DNA of 63,980 bases, counting the filler, from Vannella sp. (lineage: Eukaryota), in assembly GCA_023345925.1 (NCBI GenBank). It is 5 parts of 5 records of this genome, joined end to end, with 100 filler letters (N's around TTAATTAATTAA, not from the genome) between each part and the next. Parts side by side here need not be neighbours in the genome. Positions count along the whole stretch, not along the records: positions 15,342 to 37,094 come from JAJQQN010000556.1; 4 more parts are not named here. One strand, given 5' to 3'. The position numbers were made by a program, and so were the translations under genes. This document shows, one piece after another, positions 21,833-32,361 of the stretch (the stretch's first letter is position 1; each line of letters starts with the position of its first letter). The notes under the pieces were generated by a model. The model did no database searches. It was not told where the DNA came from and worked only from the letters and a program-made list of their open reading frames with translations.

Positions 21833-24800
21833 TCACTGGCTATTGTCAGATAAGCTCAAGGTATTCATAATCTGGGCAAGTTGGTGAACTTCTGTTGGGG
21901 CGGGTCGGCTTGGGACGAGGGGAGCTTCCAGAAAGTTGCAAGTAATCACTTTGTTCCGTTGAGTCACTTCAAGAGCGAAGAGGGACTGCCTGTCTTCACA
22001 AGAGTTGGCAAACCACATTAAATGCTTGTATCCCACGCTTGCTTTGGCCGATACTAGAACCTGCACAGGAGGATGAAAGACTGATTCACTGGCCATGAAA
22101 ATGCAGCAGCTCTTTGCCCGGCTGATGCTCACATTAATCCGCCCCAGGTTGTACAGGAACTCGGCTTCTGAAGCAATGAGAAGCGCGTCAAAGAACACGT
22201 AGGAGACAATGACAATGTCTGCTTCCTGGCCCTGAATGCGGTCCACCGTGTCTGCCTTAACGTTGTGGTTGTCATACTTCTTCAACATCTCTTGAACTGC
22301 ACTACGCTGGGACCGATGAGGTACAATCACAAAGATACTGGGGAGGTCTTCGCACAGCAGCGAGAAACCATCAATTAGTTGTTCAATTAGTGAGCACTCA
22401 AAGTGAATTTGTGACTCCACTGAGATGACATCCCTCTTAGAGTTGCACACTTGGATGGCCCCCAGGGACGATTCGTGCTGGTATAGCATTCGATAGATTG
22501 TTTCCTTGGAAAGCCTGTTCAGATGCCGCAAGCGTGCATCATCAGGCGGAAGCAAACGCAAGTTTTGAGAAGGTTTCGATGAAACATATCTTGTGTTATA
22601 CAATCGCTTGGTAAAGTCGTTGAGTTCCTGGTTCATCCTATTGTTCTCAAGCAACATTACAGTGTTTTGAAAGTCAAATGCGCTCATTTCAGGGATAGTA
22701 GCACTGTCTACAACCTCACCAGCTTTACTTCGCAGCATACAGTCAAAGAAAGATCGCTGAAGTGGGTGCCCGATCTTGGGATACTGTCCACGGACTGCAG
22801 TAAACGTTAGAAGAGAGAAAAACTGAGCTAGTGAAGGTACGTACTTATGGGAGCGAGCTGTAGTGGATCGCCAGCAACGACGAGACGGCCCCCAGGAGAA
22901 AGCCTCTCCATAAACAACATAGCAGCCCCCACTGGGAGCTGCGACCCTTCATCGACAATGATCAAGTCAAAAGTTATCTGAGAAGAAATCTTGTGGAGCT
23001 GCCAAGAGGTGCTTCCAATCACCTCGTAAAGATCTCTCTGGAAGTCTGTCTTCTTGGGGGAATCTGCTCGGGTTCTCGAGATGCGCACTTTGTCTGTCCA
23101 GAACGCCAGTTTTCCAGGGATATCTCGGTAAATCTCCTTCTCCAAGCTGGCGAATTGTGTTAGCTTGTTTAAAAGAGCGTCAATGGCCGTGTTCGTGTAG
23201 GCAGTCACGAGAACCTTCATCGGCCTCTGACAAGCGGCAGCAATTTCCATCATTCTCATCGCACAGAGACCTAGAAAGTGAGTTTTACCAGTTCCAGGAG
23301 GGCCCCAGACCAATGTAAGACGTAGCTTAGCGACTGCATTAAACGCAGAACGTTGCGAATTAAGAAAGCAGAGTTCTTTGATAGAAGAACCGCCTTTTTC
23401 GTCATCCTCCACCAGATTGGCTCGTTCTGTATACAATCGGTTCAGTTTCATCTCGAGTTGTCCTATCATGTCCGCTGTTAATGGATATGGCGGAATGGCC
23501 GCCCATGCAGTGGGATTGGAGACGATATCAAGGAACTGTGAACGTTTTCCTCGGGCAAGTGAGTCCGAGATTTTCTGCGCTTCTGACATGATCCTTTTGA
23601 GAGTAAAATCGACGACACGAGGAACCAACAGGATTTCAGATCCAACATCCCATTGGTGCCCTTTGACTTGAATCAGACATTGCAAACGAGCTTTTGGAGA
23701 GGTTTCGATAACCTTTGAGACGCTAACAAAGCTCATACGACGGAAAGGCGTCTCCACATGTTGGTAAGTGAGGAACTTTCCCATGATGGAGAAGTCATTG
23801 AATCCACAAAGATTCACTAAGTTGTGGCGCTCGACAGCCATCCAATTGTGAAACGGGACACCTGCATCCTCCTCCACTTGCTCTCTTCCATTGATAATCT
23901 CACATCGAGTGGAACTGCTTTTGGCGAATTGCTGTAATACCCGGAGAACAACAAAAGATGACGCTTCTGGTCCAAGAGAGCGCTTCTCTGCATACTCTTG
24001 ACGCTCGAGGAAGAGTTCATATTGTGAAATAAAGACGATCTTGCGAAGAATCTCATGGCCGTAGGGTAGAAGAGTCGGCTTGACCGAAGAACATTGGAGG
24101 CGTGGGAAGTAGTCCGTTGGTAGATCCCCTGTATCACAGCAATAATCAAACGAGGAAGAGCGCATGGCTTCCACCAAGTCCAACATGGCCTGACTGATTT
24201 CTTTCATTCCCTGGCGGACTTGGGGGAACCCAAGAACTCCCTGTTTTGCTTGACTGAAGAGCTCGTTGGCGGACGCAAAAGTTGGCTCTCTTTTGGTGAG
24301 TAGAGCAAAGTAATCTTCGAAAGTGCTGAAGCCAGCTCTGGGGATAGCAAATAGCTCCCTTGCAGTCCCGAGAATCACTGTTACTCGAGGTGCTCGTAAT
24401 TCAGAGCCTTCTAGAAGATTGGGCTGTCGATTCAAAGCCAGGCAGTTAAAGTCATCCATTAAACGAAGAAGAATCATTTCAGCATCCTGCGACAGCTTTG
24501 AATTGTTCAGCGCTGTTCCCAGGAGGACTCGGAAAAGGGTGTTTTTCTGCTCAAAGTTGCAAAGAAAGAAGCTCACAGTTTTGCCTGCAAAAAGTACGTC
24601 TAAGTGCTCAATCATTCGGCAGAGGCAAGGCACGAGCTCCTTCAAAAAGGTGACCGGATTCAGATTGCACAATTCTTCGGCAACAAGCGCTTGAGTATCA
24701 CTGAGAGTTGATTGGATCGAGTAGAAGAACGCGTAGGGGCTCTCTGTTAGTGGGTTGCTGAAGATTCCCAAAAAGACCTGCGAATCAGCTGGAACCAGAG

Positions 24801-25929
24801 ATAAAGAGAGGGTGCACTTCCTCCGGAAGCCTATCGTTCTCTTAATCGCTGCCTCTAACACCGGGCTTGAACCATCCGGGAAAGAGTTCAGGGCCAAGAA
24901 GAGCCTCCTCTTCTCAGAGGGGTAAAGAGAAGGCGACCTCATATTTAGCATTTTGCTGGGCTGAATAAGCTTGTTAAGTTCTTCAATGGGTGCAATCAAG
25001 TCCGTAGTATCCCTTTTGAGCAAGCTTTCCAGCCACACGTGCGTTTGGGTGTGCAGATCGGGAATAAGTCCGAGCTGCTTTGAGCCTTCCGTGTCACTCT
25101 GGCAGTTGAGCTGAAAAGGGCACCCTTCACACTTCTGCGCATATTTCCAGTCCGTCGTCCTAGCATCCATTGGATCTTTCCCGCTAAGGACTCCCAAAGT
25201 GCGATACGCTTCTCGTAAAACGGAGTGAAACATTTCTAACTGGAAGAATGAAATCTCTCGTACAGTTCGCTGACCATCTTTGATACCAAAAGGCATCCAA
25301 ATTCCCCCCTCCTCATGCAAAGTGATGGCATTGCCTCCGGGACGAGGCTCTGAGAGAAGAGAATCCACCACTTGGGCATAGAAGGCGACTTGGATCTGAT
25401 GAGGGACCTGCAGTTTGGCCACCCCCATAGGTAGACTTGCCTTGGCATCAATCACTTGCACTTGGATACTCCCACTTGGGTGTTTGCGAATCAGTAAGAA
25501 GTCCGGCTTGAGAATGGAGAAATGCACCAAGTTAGGATCAATCCGATGTCTTGTGTAGAACGTGCTAGGAACTCTGAATACTGTCCCATGCACGTAGACT
25601 TCTGGAAAGTCTCCAGCAGAGAGTAATTTGAGAAGGGAGGGCTCTGTGCCGTGAAGTACTTGGAGAGACCATTCACAAATGAGGTCTTGCTTCCATCCTT
25701 GGTGTGGACAGCGGAGGAGGAGGTTCGATCGAGCTAGAAACTGGCACAAATCCTCCTCCCAGCGATTGCCCTTATCAAAGTGCGCCTGAGTGATCTCAGA
25801 CACCGGCGCCACACTCCGCGGCCGTTGCTTCTTTGTGGTTTCAAAGAGGAGAAAGCGGTTACACTGATCTCGCTTAAAGAATGTCGCAAGGGTCGTCGCC
25901 GTGACATCTAATGGCACTCCTCCAGCCAT
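21833..25929 (-). CDS. Cas4/RecB-like PD-(D/E)xK Fe-S nuclease fused to an SF1B (Upf1/Dna2-like) helicase; 1 intron (~22796-22845); ~1350 aa
   Basis: Nuclease: QC, GNRWE, KPD, IDAK, QVAFY, KCEGCPFQLNC. Helicase: GPPGTGKT, DEGSQ, GDPLQLAP, NNRMN, VPHRSQ, TVDRIQGQEAD, RINVSISRAK. Confidence 0.88.
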
Positions 25930-26124
25930 GAGACCTCAACGAATGCCAATTTCCCTTCCCTTTCCCCCAATGAGAAGTGAAGGGAAGCTTACACATTTAT
26001 TTTGAAAAAATTCCAGGAAAAGCAAATGAGAGTGGAAATCCGAGACAGAACTGCCAAACAAAGTAAATGTAATAAAATATAATATTATTGTTCAATTCTA
26101 GAGGTGAAATGCTATTCTTTGGTG

Positions 26125-28665
26125 ATGGGTTGGAAGAGGAAGCGAGGAAAAGGAAACGCTCCCAAGAGAGACCGTGATGATGAACCACCAACGAAGAAGC
26201 CTCCTCAGGTGTGGGAGAAGACCGTGAGGGAGAATCAGCCGTTTGAGGACTACTACAAGGTAATGGCGCGGGTTGCCAACTGCCATGGAGATTGACGGAG
26301 GTCTGGTAGCGGATGGGAGTTGTTCCAGAAGGAGAGTTTGAAGACTTTATTCGAGTGCTGAAGGAGGATCTCCCTACCACCTTCCGAGTGTCTCCGATCA
26401 GCCCATTCAACGATATGGCTCAAGCTCGGCTTCGTGAGTTTGCTGCAGATTGGACTGCTTCTCCTGAAGAGATCGAAGGCGTTCCATTGGAAGCTCCTAC
26501 CCCTCTTTCGTGGTATCCCAACGATGGTGCGTGGTACATTAATGCTTCTCGCGGGCCCATTCGATCCCACCCCAAGTACAAGGCCTTCCACCAGTTCCTC
26601 AACGCCTTTACCGAATTTGTAAGTTCTTTGCACTTCAAGGGAGAGTCCTTGATCCTTGGGGAGCTCTCTGCAAGGATCTGATCACCCGGTTGAACTAACA
26701 CGTCTCTTAGGGGAGCATCTCACGTCAAGAGGCCGTCAGTATGATCCCTCCCTTGCTATTAGACGTTAAGGCACACCATGTGGTACGATATTGATCCGCT
26801 TGCCAGCGGAACACAGTCGTACTGACTGCTCATGCACTTTCAGGTCCTCGATATGTGCGCTGCACCCGGATCGAAGACCACTCAGATGGTAGAGTCTATG
26901 CACTTGGATGCAGAGAGGAAGACCCCAGGGAAGATGCCCACGGGAGTGATCATAGCCAACGATGTGGACGAAAAGAGGTGTTACATGATGGTCCATCAAG
27001 TCAACCGCCTTTCCTCTCCTTGTGTGATTGCCACCCAGCACCCTGCACAGATGTTCCCCTTTGTACGTCTGAATGCCGTGGAAGAAGGCCCTGAAGGCAC
27101 TACAAAGGGCCCCGATCTCGTTTTCGACCGTATCCTGGCTGATGTGCCTTGCAGCGGTGATGGAACCTTCCGAAAGAACTTTGATCTGTGGGGAAAGTGG
27201 GCTCCTGCGATGGGCATGGGTCTCCACAAGATCCAAGTGCAGATCGCCACTCGTGGCATCAAACTCCTGAAGATTGGAGGGCGTATGGTATACTCTACCT
27301 GCTCTCTTAACCCTCTGGAGGACGAAGCTGTGGTTGCTGAGCTCCTGCGACGAGGAAAGGGCGCCTTGCAGCTGGTTGACGTCAGTAAGGAGCTTATCAC
27401 GCTGAAGCGAATGGCTGGAGTAAGCGAATGGCCTGTTCATCAGCAAGGGCAGTTCTATGATACAATGGATGCGCTTCCTGAGCACGTGAAGAAGCAGGCA
27501 CAGTCCTCTTGGTTCGCTCCTACCTCAGAGGAGGCCGCCAGCTTCCATCTGGAGCGATGGTACGTTCTTCTTCCACCTCTCAAACTTCTTTCTCTTACTT
27601 GCAAGTAGCCTACGCGTCTTACCGCACCATCAGAACACAGGAGGGTTCTTTGTGGCGGTGATTGAGAAGTTGGACTCGATCCCCATCCACTTTGGCCTCT
27701 CAAAGAAGGAGCTCTATCGTGCTGCTGCCGAGAAACGCAACCAAGATGCTGCCGCTGCTGCTGCTGCATCTGGCAGCACAGCCGCTGCCGAGGAGGGGGC
27801 GGATTCAGAGGATGTTGTTGATTCTACCAAGGAAGAGGAGACCAAGAAAGAGGAAAGCGCAGAGAAGAGAACTGGAAGCAGTACGAAGAAGGAGCGTGAT
27901 GGGCGATTCAGCAAGGAAGACCCTTTCATGTTCCTTGATGGAGAGCACTGGGAAGCCGCTCTAGTCAATCTGAAGGAGTTTTATGGCTACAGTGACGACC
28001 TCCCTATTGAATGCTTAATGTGCCGCTCTTTGGGAGTCTGCCCCCGCATCTACTTGATTAGTGACGCTGCACAGAAAATTTTGCGCTACGAGGAGAACAA
28101 GTGCCTGTGCATTGTGAACATGGGCCTTCGCCTCTTCGGCAAACACTCTTTCAAAGACGCCATTTGCCCTTACCGCATCAACTCCGAGGGTCTTGGCCCT
28201 CTCTTGCCGTACGCCAGTCGCAAACGTGCTGTGAACATTACCATGGGCGAGCTTCAGATTCTTCTCTCGCTGCAGCATCCTCACTTCTATCACTTCAGTG
28301 AAGCTACACAACAGGCGCTAGCTCCTTTGGGTCAGTATTTCCCATTCTACTCGGATGACCGCCTGACATTCCTTCAGAGATTGGAGGCGTTTGGTTCTCT
28401 GTGGATGCCACCGCTGAAGGAATGAAGTAAGAAGAGAGAACAGCTTTGTTCATCATCTTAAGCCCCTTCTAACTTGTGTAGAACCCCGCTGCTCCTGTCT
28501 GGATGGAGAGGGAAGGTTTCTACTCACCTTTTGAGCAACACCATCGAATCCCGCCTTCTGAAAGGACTCTTCCTCCCTAATGGACCCATCGTCATGCCCG
28601 AAACAACTCCCAAACCCCTCGAGGGCGCAGCAAAGGAAGTCGGTGAACCCACCAACCAAGAGTAA
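26125..28665 (+). CDS. NSUN2: tRNA/mRNA cytosine-C5 methyltransferase, 6 introns
   Basis: FEDYYK, LPTTFR, RQEAVSMIPP, LDMCAAPGSKT, FDRILADVPCSGDGT, YSTCSLNPLEDEAVV, LPHHQNTGGFFVAV. Confidence 0.96.
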
Positions 28666-28842
28666 TCCCATTTCCCCATAAATGACGATTCATTTGGAGA
28701 TGTGGAAAATGAGAATTCTCCCTTTCCCATTAATTATTCAGAAAAGACGGAAAACTCTCATTCCCGCTTGGCTTTGCGGAGAGCCCATGTCTTGCTGAAG
28801 ACCCGTTATTGTCCTGATCACTCCCTTTGCCAATCTACTACT

Positions 28843-29367
28843 ATGAGCCGAGCCCGTAAACATGTTGAAGAGGAGATCCTCTCTCAATTCCCCTTGCCCA
28901 AAGAGAACGAACGCGTTGTTGTTGTTCGCGAGTCGCGTGGGCGAAATACCCTTGAAGTTGCCTACCCAGATGAAAGTACCATCCTCGCCCTGATCCCTGC
29001 CAAGTTCCAGAAGAAGATCTGGATCAAGAAGGGCAACTTTGTCATCATCGAACCCACTTTCCTTCCCGGCGCTTCTTCCAAGGTGCTTGCTGTCGTGACC
29101 CATTGCCTCTTCCCAGACGATATCCAACACTTGATTGCCCAGGGGCACTTCCCTGCAGAGTTCTTGGACCTTGCAACCGCTTCTCAGCCTGGTTTGAAGC
29201 TCCCAACCGATGCCCTTCCCGCAGAAGGGTCCTCTTACCTTGATATGGAGTTCATGAGTGGTAGTGATGATGAAGAAGACCTTGAAGAAGCCTTTGGCCA
29301 CAACCCCAACCGCCACCACGCCATCGACGCCGGGTCTGACGACGATGATGAAGATGACAGCTCGTAG
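28843..29367 (+). CDS. EIF1AD: eIF1A domain-containing RNA-binding protein
   Basis: SRGRNTLEV, IPAKFQKKIWIKKGNFVII, FPAEF, acidic tail with NPNR. Confidence 0.92.
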   Translation: MSRARKHVEEEILSQFPLPKENERVVVVRESRGRNTLEVAYPDESTILALIPAKFQKKIWIKKGNFVIIEPTFLPGASSKVLAVVTHCLFPDDIQHLIAQGHFPAEFLDLATASQPGLKLPTDALPAEGSSYLDMEFMSGSDDEEDLEEAFGHNPNRHHAIDAGSDDDDEDDSS

Positions 29368-29526
29368 GCCCCCTTCCAAGCACGCCTTTCCCCCCAATGA
29401 ACCGATCACCATAACATTAAGCTAGTTTATGCTACATAAGGCCGGGACTCGACGGGTTGGGTTCGAGGAAAGGAGTGAAAGTACAAGCGGAAGGATCAGA
29501 GTGAGAGATCAGAGTGAGAGGTTGGG

Positions 29527-32307
29527 CTAATCAGAGAGTGAGAGCGAGACATCGGCGTGGCCCTGACTGAGAGAGGAACTGGAAGACTTGCGAGGGAGCA
29601 GAGACTCTGAAAGTTGGGGGCTGGACCCAGACTTGGGAATGCTGGAATCGCGCTTCTGAATGCCAATGTGACATGAACTCGTCAGCATTGAACGGGAATT
29701 GGTCTGAGCCTCTGTTACCGAGTCGCTAGCACGGCGACCGATTGGAAGGGGAGAAGGATCCACATTAAAGATGCGAAGGGAAGGGAATTTGCGTTCGAGG
29801 GTTTCCGTATCCACAAGGTTCCCGTACACGTGAAGGTCTCGCAACAAGTCCCACTCCATTCCCGCTCTCAGTCCAATCAAAGTCAAAAGATTGTGCTCAA
29901 TGTGGATGGCACTGAGTCGGGGAAGGTAGTAGAGGCAGTTAGGGAAGCGCTTCAGCTTGTTGTGAGAAACATTGACCGTTTGTAAGGCTTTAAGCAACTG
30001 AAGAGAGTCAGGAACCTCTTCCAGGCGGTTGTGAGAGAGATCTAATTTGACCAAACTGAGCAATTCAAAAACTTGCGTTGGGATCTCTCGGAGCCTGTTG
30101 TAGCCAAGAGAGAGATTTGTCATGGCTTGGAAGCAGGTAAATTCGTCAGGAAGATCTCGAAGGCGGTTGTGGCTCACATTGAGCGTTCCCAGACTGTTTA
30201 ACTTCTCACAAGGAAGAGTTTGGAGGCTCTCTAATAGATTGTCGGCTAGTGATAGAGCCATTACAGAGTTCAGATAGTTCACTTCAGCGGGTAACTCGGT
30301 CAAGCCGCACACGCTCATGTTCAAAGTGACGATCATCTCCTGGCCAAAGTCATCCAACTGAGCGGGCTCACAAATAGCTTTCAAATAACGGTAAATCCGA
30401 GGCATCGATCGATCTTTGAAGGGGTTTCCGTCAGCAAAAAGGGAAGCCTTTCGTTCAACAGCCCACTGCACATAAGAAATGGGAATGCTGGTTAGCTGGT
30501 TGCTGCTGATGTCCAACTCAAGGAGGGAATCGAGTTGCTGGAGGGACTCTGGAAGCTCTTCTAACAGATTCCCTTCGAGCGTGAGCCGAGCTAAGTGAGT
30601 AAGACTTGCCACCGCCTCGGGAGCCAAATAACGAATGGCATTGTAGCTGAGATCTAACCAAGTTAGACCAGTCAATAGATTCAAATGGCCTGAGACTTGG
30701 CCCAGATAATTCCCACGCAACCGCAGAGTCTTCAAAACACTCCATTCCGCTATCCAAAGGGGCAATTCAGTCAGATGGTTCTCACTCAAGTCCAAATGCG
30801 TTAATCTGAGAGAACGCATCGATTCCGGCAAGGACGAGAATTGGTTCTTTGACAGATCTACGCTTTCCAAGAGTGGAAGGATCTCAGGTAGGTCATCTGG
30901 GAGCTGGGAAAGCTTATTATTGGCAAAGTTCAGGTGCGTTAGGACCCTGAAGAGCCGCAGACTGTCAGGAAAGGTGAAAAAGTGGTTGTCTGTGAAGGTG
31001 ATACGTTCAATTAAGTGAGCGTATCGGTCCAAGTCCTCGGGTAGATCCTCTAAATGGAGCCCTGTAAAGTCTAAGACACAGTGGTTGCGCGCATGGACAA
31101 GGTGAAGAAGGGGAAGGGGAAGAGAAGTGTGAAGAAGGTTCAGGTCGACGCGCTCTCGCTTGGGAGCCAGAGCCAAAGGTGTGTCCTTCTCAACGGTCTG
31201 AAGGGCAATCTTGCGCCCAATGGGCGGTACAAACTGCTGTAGGAAGACCTCTCGGTCACGAAGGACGTCAATTGGGTTGGAGGAGAGGTTGATAGAGCGC
31301 AAGGACGTCATCCGTAGGAAGAGGTTGGTCGGGAACTCTTTTAGGTGATTGCCAGGCATTACGAGGATCTCTAGCTTCTTCAGTCGATCTATGGGTTCAG
31401 GTACTTCATCAATCCCCACGTTGTACCCCAAATAGAGCTCCTTCAGCTCATGGCATTGAAGAACGACGATGGGGAAGCGCTCGAGGTGGTTGTGTGACGC
31501 ATTGAGGGAAACTAAGAACTTCAGCTCATGCAAAGCAGCGGGGAGACGAGTGAGGTGGTTATTAGAGAGTCCCAGAACCTCTAAGTACCTCAGGTTGCGG
31601 ACCTCCTCTGCCAATTGGTAAAGTTTGTTGTTCCTCAGCTCCAGGACGCGCAACTGCGTCAAGCTGAAGATCTCTGGGACCACCTCTGTCAAGTCGTTGT
31701 TGCTGATGTTCAGAATACGCAGTTGGCCCGCCATCTCTACGGCATACGAGGGGAGTTGGGTGATGTACATGTTGGAGAGGTTAATGGTGTCGAAGCCAGT
31801 CCGTAAGAGGATGAGGATCTTCTCGTAGTACTCTGGTACACTGTTGCCCGTCAGTGTGAGCTTCTTCAGTCGAAGGAGGCGCGCCATCTCGCCTGGCAAG
31901 TGGCGAAGTTTGTTGTCAGCCAGGCCTAACGTGGTGAGCTTGCGGAGGTTACCAATGTCTGAAGGGAGTTCGCGTAGAAGGTTGTGTTCGAGATTGAGGT
32001 GCTCCAAGCTCTGTATCTCGAAGAGGACGGGAGGGACGTTGGCGAATTGATTCCTCGACAGATTCAGGTCCTGGAGGGCCTCAAAGCGAGACATCTTGAG
32101 GGGAAGACTCTGCAGATGGTTGCCTGAAAGGTCAAGCTTGGTTACGAGAGCCAGGAACTTGTATTTGACGAAGGCGTCCGCTGAGAAAAGCCCCAAACTC
32201 CCAAAGGTGAGAGTGGTCGACTGGAGCTTCTCAGCGTTCTTCAGCCTCTCCTTACACATCTTCTTGATGTTACGCGTCGCCGCACTCCCATTGCCACTAG
32301 CCCGCAT
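29527..32307 (-). CDS. Large leucine-rich repeat protein (926 aa), intronless, no catalytic domain seen
   Basis: Dozens of LxxLxLxxNxLxxLP repeats in several blocks; Ser-rich tail. Confidence 0.9.
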   Translation of the reverse strand: MRASGNGSAATRNIKKMCKERLKNAEKLQSTTLTFGSLGLFSADAFVKYKFLALVTKLDLSGNHLQSLPLKMSRFEALQDLNLSRNQFANVPPVLFEIQSLEHLNLEHNLLRELPSDIGNLRKLTTLGLADNKLRHLPGEMARLLRLKKLTLTGNSVPEYYEKILILLRTGFDTINLSNMYITQLPSYAVEMAGQLRILNISNNDLTEVVPEIFSLTQLRVLELRNNKLYQLAEEVRNLRYLEVLGLSNNHLTRLPAALHELKFLVSLNASHNHLERFPIVVLQCHELKELYLGYNVGIDEVPEPIDRLKKLEILVMPGNHLKEFPTNLFLRMTSLRSINLSSNPIDVLRDREVFLQQFVPPIGRKIALQTVEKDTPLALAPKRERVDLNLLHTSLPLPLLHLVHARNHCVLDFTGLHLEDLPEDLDRYAHLIERITFTDNHFFTFPDSLRLFRVLTHLNFANNKLSQLPDDLPEILPLLESVDLSKNQFSSLPESMRSLRLTHLDLSENHLTELPLWIAEWSVLKTLRLRGNYLGQVSGHLNLLTGLTWLDLSYNAIRYLAPEAVASLTHLARLTLEGNLLEELPESLQQLDSLLELDISSNQLTSIPISYVQWAVERKASLFADGNPFKDRSMPRIYRYLKAICEPAQLDDFGQEMIVTLNMSVCGLTELPAEVNYLNSVMALSLADNLLESLQTLPCEKLNSLGTLNVSHNRLRDLPDEFTCFQAMTNLSLGYNRLREIPTQVFELLSLVKLDLSHNRLEEVPDSLQLLKALQTVNVSHNKLKRFPNCLYYLPRLSAIHIEHNLLTLIGLRAGMEWDLLRDLHVYGNLVDTETLERKFPSLRIFNVDPSPLPIGRRASDSVTEAQTNSRSMLTSSCHIGIQKRDSSIPKSGSSPQLSESLLPRKSSSSSLSQGHADVSLSLSD

Positions 32308-32361
32308 GGGCTCCCAAGCAGGGGATACGAGAAATGGCGGATCGTCTAGTTTAGGAAGACG

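Noticed and set aside
20195..25929. Endogenous giant-virus insertion
   Set aside because: No capsid, polymerase, packaging ATPase, terminal repeats or obvious compositional shift; the helicase has an intron and the flanks are host genes
25080..25929. CRISPR-Cas locus suggested by the Cas4-like domain
   Set aside because: No repeat-spacer array or other cas genes; eukaryotic context
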